From assembly GCA_051453625.1 (NCBI GenBank), contig JBOZIK010000001.1, positions 17,689,140-17,753,139 on the forward strand: DNA of 64,000 nucleotides, read 5' to 3'. The notes beneath the pieces were generated by a model that saw nothing but the letters and a program-made list of their open reading frames with translations, had not been told where the DNA came from and did no database searches. Both the position numbers and the translations under genes were made by a program. This document shows positions 40,538-54,299 of this stretch, piece by piece. Source of the DNA: Welwitschia mirabilis. Taxonomy: Eukaryota. Numbering within the stretch: position 1 is the first letter of the stretch; each line of letters starts with the position of its first letter.

Positions 40538-42607
40538 TTAGTTCATCTTATAGTTATTTTACATCATTTGAATCCAAAACTAAGGCTTATTTTTAAGAAA
40601 TTCATAATTTTTTCATGACTACTATACACTAGCATATATTATCTACTAGGAATGAATATTTAAATTCTTTATAAAGATGCTTAAGTTTAATATTAGCAAC
40701 ATTATCTTCATTAAATGTTTTTTTTTTTAAATGAAGCACTTGGTAACTTTCTAGTAGAATGTCTCATAGTTAATATTTTCTTAGAGAGAAAGTATTACTT
40801 TTTCAGAGTTCCAAAAGTTTATGATATTCTAAGAAGGATAAAGATTTAAAAATTTTATATTCATTAGTTTTAATTAAGACCACATCTTTTAAGTCATTTA
40901 TATGGTTCTATTTAATTGCATTAAAATTTTCAAACTTAATATTCATATTTCCAAAGGATATTTTTACTACTATGTTTTATAGTATATTAGAAAGTCAAAA
41001 GTGATCAGGAATGAGTTTTTCCAAGACAAGGGAAAATAATATTATATTGTATTCCATATCCAAGACTATGAATTCCATAAACTATATTTACATATACCGC
41101 TAAGTCCTCTAGTATTCCCTTGGTAATCTTAATTGAGTGGTTAGCTAGTTATATAGTTATCATTGTTTTCTTTAGTCTCTCTAATCCTAGTTCTTAACAT
41201 AATGTATAAGGCATTAGGTTCATGATATATTTCAAGTCTAATAAAGATTTACTTATTCTATTGTTATCTATGAGATATGAATGTATTAAAAAACTAGGAT
41301 CTCTAAACTTTAGTATTATAGTGTTTACCCTTTGTGCTAAGAAATGGTTCATATTTATGCTTATTTTTTCTTTTAACTTTTACATATCTTAATTAATTTT
41401 ACATAACAAGAATTTTCCTAATAAAATCAAATAAAGGAATTCCTATGTTCAATATAGATGTGAGTCATTAGAAAATGGGCCCTTTTTAGTTTTTCATATC
41501 TATGTCTCTTCACATCATTCTTTTTATTCCTTTTAAGTTTAAATGCTAATTTATCTTTGGTATTAAATGTAGAAGATTATTTAATATGTGGTTGAATGTT
41601 TTCATTTACTTAAACTCCACTTCTAAATCATATAACTTTAATTTGGCTAACTTCATCTTATTCATTAATTATATTGAAATCATTAGGATTAGGAATAGAT
41701 TAGGATAACATATTATATTTTTCTTTTTAATTAATCAATCATAATAAGTGATATTTATTTTAAAAAAGTTTCTTCATTTCTAATTCTACACATTAATGAG
41801 TTTAAAAATTCTTTCTATTAATTTTAGATTATTTCTTATTATTGATTAATTAGTCATTATAATTATTTATCAATTCCCTCTAGTGGTTTATTCCATTATT
41901 TACTAGATGATTGTGAATAATATGTTTCATTTTATTAAGACTTTATTGAGGAATCAAGATGGATTTTCCATTTCAAGTTGTAAGAATATCCATAAGGAAA
42001 TGATGATTTCTATTGTTATTATCAAAAAAATAGACTTCTAGCTATTAAATTATTCATTTTCATAATTACTATCTCTTNNNNNNNNNNNNNNNNNNNNNNN
42101 NNNNNNNNNNNNNNNNNNNNNNNNNNNNNNNNNNNNNNNNNNNNNNNNNNNNNNNNNNNNNNNNNNNNNNNNNNNNNTCTAGCTATTACATTATTCATTT
42201 TCATAATTACTATCTCTTGATAGAGTAAGGTATAAAAATACCATTATGTTTTGCATTATCTAGAAGTACATATAAAACATATAGTTCCATCATCAATTAG
42301 CTACCTTTTTATGTCAAAAGGATTTCTCATGATTTTTGAAACTATCATATCTATTTTCTAAAATATTCTATGGTTTATTTAAATATTTAAATTAAATATA
42401 TACCACTTATCATTGCATTAGACACCTACTTTTTATGGTTAATCGTTCAAAACAAATGGTGTGAACTACATGCCCACTAATATTACTAAAGTAAATGCAA
42501 TTATTGTGGGATAAATAAACCTCATTCAAATGCTTAATCATTAAATTATAAGTTACCTACATATTAGAACTAGTTGAAATAGAAAAGAAAGTTCTTCCAT
42601 AAATATT

Positions 42608-45292
42608 TGTTTACATGAAAAACGTTATTAAAATAGTCATTTTATCATAAAATTATGTCTTTGACCATTTTATACATGGATTATAAAATTATGAACTTTA
42701 TCATAAAATTTTTAAGTTAATTTTTGCCTTCTAGAAGACATGCTACAAAATGAAAAAAATTCCATTAGAAAATGCTAGCATCATTATTCAAGTCATCAGT
42801 GCTATTGGTTTTTCAAGGTAACATGAGTTTAAAGTTATGTTCTAGCATCTTTATGGGAAATACATCATATTCCACTTATGGACCTAGTCAAGTGTTAAAT
42901 TAGAATCAACCATAAACTTCAACAACACATGATAAAGGTGTAAAATAACACGTTGCAGTGCCATGTGATAGTAATAAGCATAATGATATGGATAACACAT
43001 GGCATAGCATCTGATGATAACAACATCATCATATATAGGCTATTTAATTACCTCTTTTTCATAAGAGAACAAGAAATCCTCCTTAACACTACATGAAAAA
43101 ATTTGTGACATTCTCTTAATGTAATTATCCAAATGTGTAATTTATTTTATGTAATCTTTATTAACCACTACCATTCAAAGATTATTAATACTCTCATCAT
43201 TTATAGAAGGGATTCATCCCTCATTATAAAATAATTTTAATTGGTAATGATAATGGAAATACTTACAGCATTNNNNNNNNNNNNNNNNNNNNNNNNNNNN
43301 NNNNNNNNNNNNNNNNNNNNNNNNNNNNNNNNNNNNNNNNNNNNNNNNNNNNNNNNNNNNNNNNNNNNNNNNGGATAATTAAACCTCATTTAAATGGTTA
43401 AGCATTAAATTATTAGTTACCTACATATTAGACCTAGTTGAAATAAAAAAGAAAGGTCTTTCGTAAAGATCTATTTACATGAAAAATGTCAACATTCCAA
43501 CCATGTATGTTTGATTAACTTAGCATAGAGAAGATATTAAAATAGTTATTTTATCATAAAATTATGTCTTTGATCATTTTATACATGAATTATAAAATTA
43601 TGAACTTTACCATAACATTTTTGAGTTAATTTTTGCCTTCTAGAAGAGATGCTAAAAAATGAAAAAAATTCCATTAGAAAATGCTAGCATCACTATTCAA
43701 GTCATCATTGCTATTCATTTTTCAAGGTAACATGAGTTTAAAGTTATTTTCTAGCATCTTTATGGGAAAGACATCATATTCCACTTATGAACCTAGTCAA
43801 GTGTTAAATTAGAATCAACCATCAAATTCAACAACACATGACAAAGGTGTAAAATGACACGTTGCAGTGACATGTGATAGTAATAAGCATAATGATATGG
43901 ATAACACATGGCATAGCATCTGGTGATAACAACATAATCATATATAGGCTATTCCATTGCCTCTTTTTCATAAGAGAATAAGGAATCCTCCTTAGCACTA
44001 CATGATAAAATTTGTAACCTTCTCTTAATGTAATTATCCAAACGTGTAATTTCTCTTATGAAATCTCTATCAACCACTAAAATTCAAATATTTCTAATAC
44101 TCTCATCATTTATAAAAGGGATTTAATCCCTCATTACAAAATAATTTTAATTGGTAATCATAATGAAAATACTTATAGCATTAGTATGTCATGGATTTTT
44201 CAGTTCCTTATTTAAGAGAGAACTTGTTCTAAGGCTAGCTTGAGGAGTTCATTTTAGCTTCATCTTCTTTTTGGATATAATGTATTTCATGATTTAATTA
44301 TTAGGTGAGGCTCCTTTTTGTGTTAGTATAAAAATACTTGTTTATTCTTTGATTTCTAGTTCACGTTAGCATGGTACTTTTAATACTAAGATGAGACTAC
44401 ATGATCAAGATCTTTTAAACTAAGTGAATTCTCTAAATTTAACTATTGGTTATAGTCACTATATTGTTAGATATTTTTAAGTATATGTGTCCTTACTTTC
44501 TATGTTCATAGACTGCTATGAAAGACTAAGTAACTATTGAATTCACCAACACTCATGTGATAAATGTGATTATGTCATTACATTCAAACTATTACAACTC
44601 AATGATTGAAAGCTTTTGTTTCAAGAATTATAGAAAATTTTGGAGTAAAGGTGGATTATTGAATAAGATAATNNNNNNNNNNNNNNNNNNNNNNNNNNNN
44701 NNNNNNNNNNNNNNNNNNNNNNNNNNNNNNNNNNNNNNNNNNNNNNNNNNNNNNNNNNNTATAAAAATACTTGTTCAATCTTTGATTTCTAGTTTACATT
44801 AGCATGGTACTTTTAATACTTATATGAGACTACATGATCAAGATCTTTTGAACTAAGTGAATTCTCTAAATTTCACTATTGGTTATAGTCATTATATTGT
44901 TAGATATTTTTAATTATATGTGTGCTTACTTTCTATGTTTATAGACTACTATGAAGGACTAAGCAACTATTGAATTCACCAACACTCATGTGGTAAATGT
45001 GATTATGTCATCACATTCAAACTATCACAACTCAATGATTTAAAGATTTTGTTGCATGAATTATAGAAAATTTTGGATTAAAGGTCGATTATTGAATAAG
45101 ATAAGCTAGATCTGTAGAGCATGTTTGATTCCCTATGTCACCAATTAAAGTTTATTATAGGATTGAAATTATTGTATTACTTTTGTTATGTTTATTACAA
45201 ATGTCACTATGAAAGAATGATTCTAGATCCTTACCTAGCTTATTTTATGTTTGAATTCTACTATAATCAATAATATAATTTAATTATGAATA
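42608..45292 (+). repeat. 5' LTR of element 2 (with gap-flanking duplicates; true length ~1.4-1.5 kb)
   Basis: Aligns to 52609-54090; ends TGAATA just before the PBS. Confidence 0.85.
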
Positions 45293-45298
45293 GATTTA

Positions 45299-45316
45299 TG
45301 GTGCTATTGCTAGAGA
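45299..45316 (+). other. Decayed primer-binding site (tRNA-Asp type)
   Basis: TGGTGCTATTGCTAGAGA vs TGGCGCCGTTGCCGGGGA; all differences are C>T or G>A. Confidence 0.75.
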
Positions 45317-46099
45317 TATTATCATGATAGCTTTTTAAAAGTCACATAATTTTTCTTTCTTTAAATTTTTTTAGTTTTCTATTAGTTGGTTCTTCTTATT
45401 TTCTACTAAAACTTGAAATATTATTTTATTTTTCTTTTAAGTATTTATTTCACTTTCCTTTCTTTTTAGTGGTGGGTACTATTTCATTTCTAGTGAAATC
45501 TAAACTACTCTAATTTTAATTTTATTTTAGTTTTTTCCCCTCAAACCTAAATAATATTTCCATATTTGATATTTTGTGTTATAGGTATAATGAGGTTCTT
45601 ACTAATCATAATCAAAATAAGGATTAAAAAAGATGAAAAAATAAATCAAAACTCTAACTTTATGTGTTTTCTATTCTATTTTCTATAAACTCTTTAGTAA
45701 TTTGTTTTGGTTTCTATTCTATTGTAATTTTTAATAAAATTTTTAAAACATAAAATGTTTAGGATTTATTTTTTATGCATTTTATTTTAAGTTTTTATTG
45801 TTTCTATTTTTTGTTAAATTATTTTATCACCCCATAATACTAAATGTTTTCTGTGAACATTGTAAACCTAAGATACTTTCCTCGAGTTATAACCTTAAAA
45901 TCAACTACCACCATCACCTTCCTTAATGGGAGCCACTAGCATTTTTATGTAGAATTACTTGAAACCTTAATTGAGTCTTCTATAGACTATTAGAAATATG
46001 TTTATCATCTATACCTTTTCTTATATTTTTCTAAAATTATTTGCTTAGACTGAGATGAATCAGGTTGACTAATTAGAAATCCTTTTAATAATAATATGG

Positions 46100-48567
46100 A
46101 CTTTAACAATGAAGAAAATAAAGAATAAAGAATTTTGTCTAAAAACTAACCTCATAACAATCCCCAAGAAATTCAAGCATCCATAAAAATTTCTAATATG
46201 GTTCTTAATGCCCTAGTAATATACACTAATTAAAATAAGAACTAACAACCTACATGCCTACTACGTTTTCTAAGAGATATCTCAAAAACATTGGTTAGAN
46301 NNNNNNNNNNNNNNNNNNNNNNNNNNNNNNNNNNNNNNNNNNNNNNNNNNNNNNNNNNNNNNNAATTCTTAGGAATTCTCTTGTGTAAAGTTCAATTACC
46401 GATAATACAAAGATTAGAATTCAAGATATCTACCATCTAGTTACTCTCTCATTTTCATAGCTTAGAATTTGAAGATGCCTCTTTTTACCTTAATGAATTT
46501 GAATGTGTTCTATCTATCCTACTCTAATACTCTAACACCCTACTATAATACTCCAATATCCTTAAACTACTATCATTTAAAGCATGAATTAATTAAAACA
46601 AATCTTTTATTTTCAATTTCTTTCCAAACCATAAGATGAATACTTTAATAGGAAAGATTATGAATTATTAACAAAATAATCATGAAACTTCTTATAAATC
46701 CTTAAAACAATTTAAGAATTATTCAAAAATTCCCATACTATGAGTTCAAGCTAGGTAGAGATATTAATTTATTTTATGATGAATTATCTGTCAAAAATAG
46801 GAAATTAATTAAGATGATAAGTAGAGGTATTTTTCTTTATCTTCTACTAGATAAGTATGGGATTACCTCAAAATGGTAGCTAAAAGCTCTAGAAATTAGG
46901 AGAAATAGATTTAACAACCTATATCTTAGATATATATTAGTTCCATTGGTGTTTTTAGGGTTCTAAGTAATTTTGATATCAATAATTAAATAGATGAATT
47001 ATCAAGAAGAGTAGAAATCCTTTTTCTCTATCTAAACCATTAATTGCCACGCACAAAATTTATCTATCACATAGATTCTCATAAAATACCTAAATGTCCT
47101 TCTATATCCATCCTTCAAAACATTATAAATGAAAAAATCAATGCTATAAAATACCAGTGATAAAGTAGTAAAAATAATACTTATTCAAACACTTAACAAT
47201 CCTGGGTGAAGGAATCATCCCAACATTTTTCAGAGATAAAATAATTCGCATGATTAAAATCATGTTAATTAATTAAGAATCCCATTTTCATTATCATTAA
47301 CTTACCAACAGCCCTCATTTTCTATCTCATTAGAGGAATCATTAAATAAAATAATAAAAACCCAAAACCAAATTATCCATAATTACAAATAAATTCTTAA
47401 GTAATATTTCTTCTTCTTGAGCAATATTGAATAAAATTTTCAATANNNNNNNNNNNNNNNNNNNNNNNNNNNTCAAAATCACATCCAAATACTTCAATAA
47501 ATCCTCTCCTCTCTAAATCAAATAGAACTTGATAAACTTCCCATGAGATCATAGTTAAAACCCTAAAGGAGATAGATTCATAAAAGGATTAGAGCTCAAC
47601 CAAATTAAAGAAACTAAAACCATTCATCATAAGAGTGGGAGAGAGTTGAATAAATAAATTAAGAAAAACATAATTGAAGAAGAACTAATTTCCATAGAAA
47701 TCAAGAAGGAGGATGAAACATTAGAAGAATCTTTTCCTATTTACTAAGAACCTTTATCCTTCTCACAGTAACTTAGAAAGGAGAACATTAGAAAGAAGTA
47801 ATTAAAACCTTTAGAGGTTTTCAAAGAGGTTAAAATGAACATTCCACTATTAAATATAATTAGATAAATCCTCTCTTATGCAAAATTCCTAATCTATATT
47901 TGTAAAATTAAGAGAAATATGCATGTTAAGAATAAGGTCTTTTTATCCTAGCAAATGACTGTAATAATACAAGATCAAATACTTCTTGAGTACAACGATC
48001 TTGGTTGCCATACAATTGCTATCATAATTAGAGGAAAACATCTTAGATGAGCCTTGTTAGGTCTAAAAATTATAAAGAACTTAACCTTAATAATCTTAAA
48101 AAGACTAAAATTCAATTTTAGTTAGCAGGGAACTCATTGGAATCACCATTATAATTGTTTAAGACATAATTATGTTAGTAGATAATTTCTCCTTTTTAGT
48201 AGATTTCATTATATTAGAAATGAATGTAATGAAGAATAATTTAGTTCTAGTTATTTTAGGCAAACCTTTTCTAGCAATGTCAAATGCTCTTATTAATTAT
48301 AAAGATAGTTGCATGAAAATTTATTTTATCAATTTAGTAATGGATCTAAATATTTTTAATATTATGGAATTTCTAGATAAAAATAATAATGCTAATTTTA
48401 TATATGAAGTCCATGATCTTGGTCCCTTTCATATTGAATCAAACACCCATTCTTCTCATGCTGATTTCAATGCTTTTTATTCTTCTTTAAAAGATTTATT
48501 AGAAAAGCATACATGTATGTGTAGAGTTAATTCAAGAAAAATATATGTTTCCTTTACATTTTTTTAA
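46100..48567 (+). pseudogene. Degenerate gag and aspartic protease of element 2
   Basis: NPG*RNHPN (~47200, Athila gag NPGWRNHPNF); EVFKEVKMNIPLL..SYAKFL (~47815-47890); ORF 48172-48567 FLVDFIILEM..VILGKPFLAMSNALI. Confidence 0.85.
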
Positions 48568-51137
48568 TAATCAAGGTTTTGAGCCTTACAACCATAATAT
48601 TTTTAACTCTTACACCTTTCATCCCTTTGAAAAGACCTTTGTAATAGCACTTTCTAAAGCACAATCAATTTGTTAATTCCCAATTCTTTTTCTTTTTTTA
48701 ATTAGTAACTATAACTATTGTTAGCTATTCAAACCATTTCATACACCCACTCCATTTTTTAATCACCTCATCAAGTGCATTAATAATTTATCTTACCATC
48801 CATAAGTTTCTAAGACTTTATGATCCTAGTTAATAATCTATAACAAATAAACCATTAGTAAATAATTACCTTGTCCTTATGAGTTAAGTAGAATTTAAGT
48901 TTACTCGTATTTTTCAAAAACAATTTTGCTTACTTTTAAGTTATCTTATTAAGGTTAGTTTTATGTAAGCTCTCTAAATTCAAAAAATGTGGTTTAAAAT
49001 TATGAAATCTAGTTTCATATTATGTTTGATGTTTTAAATTATTTTATAGGAACAAAATGTTTCTTAATTAGATCAGTCAATGACTCATTCTATGTGCATA
49101 AAAATATTAAATATGAGAAGTAATAATTAAAAGAAAATAAATTATCTCTTCTTCAAAACTACATTATAATTTGATCAATTAAATTAGGTTTGGTTAAATG
49201 CAACAAGGCTATGAATTCTTACTAGCAATTTTCTCTGATGAATTATTTGTAAGTTATTCAACTAGATCATTACTCTAGATGCTTGCTAGTATGTAGCATT
49301 TCTTCTTCATGAAATAACATGTTTAATTCTATTAGAGGAAAATGTCATAATACTAGATGCTAGATTTGATCTAAATGCTTGAAATAAGAAATATATGTGA
49401 TTGTAAAAAAGATAAAAATCATAAAGAAAATATGGGATTTGGATATTCTTATGTGATTGCTTTCTTTAACTTACAAACTTTCTGAACCAATTTTTGGATC
49501 TTATAGGTTTACATAGAGGATGTCTTATTTGTTCAGCATTATAATCCATTTAAATAAACATCAAATTCATAAAAGTTTTAATAAAGTGATCATTATTCTA
49601 GGATTTTTTGTCTTTTACATTCATAGGTATTTGGATTAATTTTCTTTTTTGTTACCATGAATTTCAAATAAAAGTCTTAGTCATAATGATTGCAACTTTC
49701 CATCCCATCCCTATTTTGTTTATTTCATATACCATTTAATTTTGCTTATAGCACTGAATCCTATCATTTTGGCTAATAAAACATTTCATAAACTTCTACT
49801 CTAAAAGTCCCAGAATAACTGGCACTACTACTAGTCCTTATCAACATTGCCATCTATATTTAGTTTTCATTTTTAAACTTGTCTGCAGCTTTGCCCATCT
49901 CATTTACAATATTTTCATATTTNNNNNNNNNNNNNNNNNNNNNNNNNNNNNNNNNNNNNNNNNNNNNNNNNNNNNNNNNNNNNNNNNNNNNNNNNNNNNN
50001 NNNNNNNNNNNNNNNNNNNNNNNNNNNNNNNNNNNNNNNNNNNNNNNNNNNNNNNNNNNNNNNNNNNNNNNNNNNNNNNNNNNNNNNNNNNNNNNNNNNN
50101 NNNNNNNNNNNNNNNNNNNNNNNNNNNNNNNNNNNNNNNNNNNNNNNNNNNNNNNNNNNNNNNNNNNNNNNNNNNNNNNNNNNNNNNNNNNNNNNNNNNN
50201 NNNNNNNNNNNNNNNNATCCCTATTTTTTTCATTTTATTTACCATTGAATTTAGCTTATAACATTGAATCCTATCATTTTGACTAATAAAACATTTCATA
50301 AACGTCTACTCTAAAAATCTTAAAATAACTGGTGCTACTACTAGTCCTTATGAACACCACCATCTATATTTTAGTTTTCATTTTTAAACTTTTTTGTAAC
50401 ATTGCCCATCTCATTTACAATATTTTCATATTTTTTAATCCCTAATGAAACTTTTCAGAAATTCACTATAAGCCATTTCCAACCATCATATCTTACCTTC
50501 ATTTTTTTCATTTTCAGTCCCATTCTCCTTACCTTCATATTAATTCTTATTTACAAAACTAGTGATTAGTCATTATTTATAAGAGTATCCCTCTTCTTGC
50601 ATTTTCTTATATCCTTTATAAAGTTTTGCATTATAGTATTTTTCTTTATAATGTATTCCATCAAAGAGACTTTCTAGCTTGTAGTGTAATAAAGAGCCAT
50701 GTAATCAAATTCTTTCTTTTGTAATATTCTCAAAACTCGTATAAAATTTTCTATCTTTTAATTTTGAGGACTAATTTTAGATTTGGTTAGAGGGTCTNNN
50801 NNNNNNNNNNNNNNNNNNNNNNNNNNNNNNNNNNNNNNNNNNNNNNNNNNNNNNNNNNNNNNNNNNNNNNNNNNNNNNNNNNNNNNNNNNNNNNNNNTAT
50901 AAAAGTTTCTATCTTTTTAATTTTGAGGACTAATTTTAGTTTTTGTTAGAAGGTCTGGCATCCTATTTTCACAAAATTATTTCAAAGTTTAAGGCCTTAT
51001 TTATTAAAAATTGATCAAAATTTTTAAGACATTATATCATTTTCATCCTTCCTTATTTTACTTGAATAATCTTTCCATCTTTATCATTTCTTTATTATGA
51101 TTTTTCAAGAGATTGGTAAAACTTTGACTAGGGAGTA

Positions 51138-54090
51138 TGTTTACATGGAAAATGTTAACATTCTAACTAAGTATATTTAATCAATTTAACATAGGTAAAG
51201 ATATTAACATAGTAATTTTATCATACAATTATGTCTTTAATCATTTTATCCATGAACTATAAAATTATGAACTTTTTAATAACATTTTTGGTTTACTTTC
51301 TACTTTCTTAAAGACATACTTCAAATTGAAGAAATTTTTTTAAAAAATGTTGGCACCACCATTTAGGTCACTATTGTTGCTGGTCTTTTAAGAAATAATG
51401 AGTTTAAAGTTATGTTATGATATCTTTATAAGAAAGGCATCACATTTCACTTATGGACTTAGTTGTATATTAAATTACAATCAATGATCAAATTTAATAA
51501 CTTGTGGCAGAGGTGAAAAATGATATATTATAGTAACATGTGATAATAACAAGTATAATAACATAAGAATACATGACATGGCATATAGTGGTAATAACAT
51601 CATCGTCCAAAGGTCATGTCATAATCTCTTCTTTATAAGAAAATAAGGAATTCTTCTTAAGGCTATACGATAAAAATTTATAACCTCTTCCTAATGTAAT
51701 AGCCTAAACGTATAAACTACATTATGTAACTACTATTAACCACTACAAGTCAAATATTCCTAATCATTTACTTATCTATAAAATATCTTTAAGCCCTTAT
51801 TATAATAGAGATTTGGTTGGTGAATATAGTAGGAGTACTTCGAGTGTCAAGATGTCATGGATTTCTAAGCACCATTTTTGGGATCGAACTTGTTCGAAGA
51901 CTACTTTGAGGAGTTTATTTCAGCTTTATATTTCTCTTTTAATATAATGTATTTCTTAATTTCATACAAGAATAATTTGTTCATTATTCAATTTTTAGTG
52001 CACATTAACATGATACTTTTAATCCTTATGTGAGACTATTTCTTGTGTTAGAATAAAATTACTTGCTTATTCTTCAATTTCTAGTGCATGTTCACATAGT
52101 ACTTTTAATCTTTAAATGAGATTACATCTTTAAGATCTTTTGAATTGAGTGAATTCTCTAAAGTTAACTATTATTTATAGTTACTATCATGTTATAGATC
52201 CTAAGTAAAGTTATCCTTATTTTTTATGTTAATGGAGGATTACGAAGGTTCACATAACTATTAAATTTACTAATACTCATGTGGTGAATGAGATTATGTC
52301 ATCACCTAATTCATCATAACTTGATGATATAAAGCTTATGTTTTAGGAATCACAGGAAATCATTGGACTGAAGGTGGTTTATTAAATAAGCCAATCTAGA
52401 CCTTTGGAGCATGTTCAGTTTCCTATGTCACTNNNNNNNNNNNNNNNNNNNNNNNNNNNNNNNNNNNNNNNNNNNNNNNNNNNNNNNNNNNNNNNNNNNN
52501 NNNNNNNNNNNNNNNNNNNNNNNNNNNNNNNNTTGGACAATTTTTCCATCTTGATCATTTCATCATTATGATTTTTCAAGAGATTGGTAAAATTTTGAAT
52601 AGGGAGTATGTTTACATGAAAAAAGTTAACATTCCAACTAAGTATATTTGATCAATTTAACATAGGTAAAGATATTAACATAGTAATTTTATCTTACAAT
52701 TATGTCTTTAACCATTTTATGCATGAACTATAAAATTATGAACTTTTTCATAACATTTTTGGTTTAATTTTTACTTTCTTAAAGACATACTACAAAATGA
52801 AGAAATTTCTTTAAAAAATATTGGCACCACCATTTAGGTCACTATTATTGCTAGTCTTTTAAGGAATAATGAGTTCAAAGTTATGTTATGATATCTTTAT
52901 AATAAAAGCATCACATTTGACTTATGGAGTTAGTTGTATATTAAATTACAATCAATGATCAACTTTAATAACGTGTGGCAGAGGTGCAAAATGATATATT
53001 ATAGTAACATGTGATAATAACAAGTATAATAACATGAGGACACATGACATGGCATCTACTGGTAATAACATCATCGACCAAAGGTCATGTCATAACCTGT
53101 TATTTATAAGAAAATAAGGAATCTTTCTTAAGGTTATATGATAAAAATTTATAACCTCTTCCTAATGTAATAGCCTAAAAGTATAAACTACATTATGTAA
53201 CTTCTGTTAACCACTACAAGTCAAATATTCCTAATCACTTACTCATCTATAAAAGATCTTTAAGCCATCATTATAATAGAGCTTTAGTTGGTAAATATAG
53301 TAGGAATATTTGGAGTGTCAAGATGTCATGGATTTGTAAGCACAGTTTTTGGGATTGAACTTGTTCTAAGGCTACTTTGAGGAGATTATTTTACCTTTAT
53401 CTTTCTTTTTAATATAATGTATTTCTTAATTTCATACAAGAATAAGTTGTTCATTCTTCAATTTTTAGTGCATATTAACATGATAATTTTAATCCTTATG
53501 TGAGACTATTTCTTGTTAGTATAAAATTACTTGTTTATTCTTCAATTTCTAGTGCATGTTCACATAGTAATTTTAATCTTTAGATGAGATTACATCATCA
53601 AGATCTTTTTAATTGAGTGAATTCTCTAAAGTTAACTATTATTTATAATCACTATCATGTTATAAATTCTAAGTAAAGTTATTCTTACTTTTTATGTTAA
53701 TGGAGGATTACGAAGATTCACATGACTATTGAATTCACTAATACTCATGTGGTAAATGAGATTATGTCATCACCTAAGCCATCACAACTTGATGATATAA
53801 AGCTTATGTTTTAGGAATCACAAGAAATCATTAGACTGAAGGTGGATTATTGGATAATCCAAGCTAGACTTTTAGAGCGTGTTCGGTTTTCTATGTCACT
53901 AATTAAAGTTAACAAAATTCTTAAAAATTGATTTTATATTTTATTTGATTTTTATTATAGGATTAAAATTATTTTTACTTTTATTAATTTTACCATAAAT
54001 ATTACTATGAACTAATGATATTAGTTACTTATCTAGTTTATTTGATGTTCACATTTTATAATAACAAATAATCTAAAGTGACCATGAATA
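51138..54090 (+). repeat. 3' LTR of element 2, assembled twice (51138-52432 partial, 52609-54090 complete)
   Basis: Both copies are preceded by the same internal sequence and PPT and are separated by a 100-N gap. Confidence 0.88.
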
Positions 54091-54299
54091 ATATTCAAAT
54101 GGTCTTACATATAAAAGTAAGTAATGAGATCATTTTAAGCTATTTACTTTAAAGCCTTAAAAAAGAAATGGAATTTTCTTCTTTTATTAATGATGAAGGT
54201 GATGATGTTAAATTCATTTATTAAAAAAGGCCATTTTGTAAATCATTTAATTTCTTATAGAGAATATCTCTATCGTTTGTATTAATAGAAGCATAGATG

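Larger units (their letters stand above)
42608..54090 (+). mobile_element. Athila-like Ty3/Gypsy element 2: two LTRs, PBS, gag-protease only (non-autonomous), PPT
   Basis: Starts TGTTTACATG (42608) and ends CCATGAATA (54090); exact TSD ATATT at 42603-42607 and 54091-54095; PBS at 45299; PPT AGGGAG-TA before the 3' LTR at 51138 and at 52609. Confidence 0.9.
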
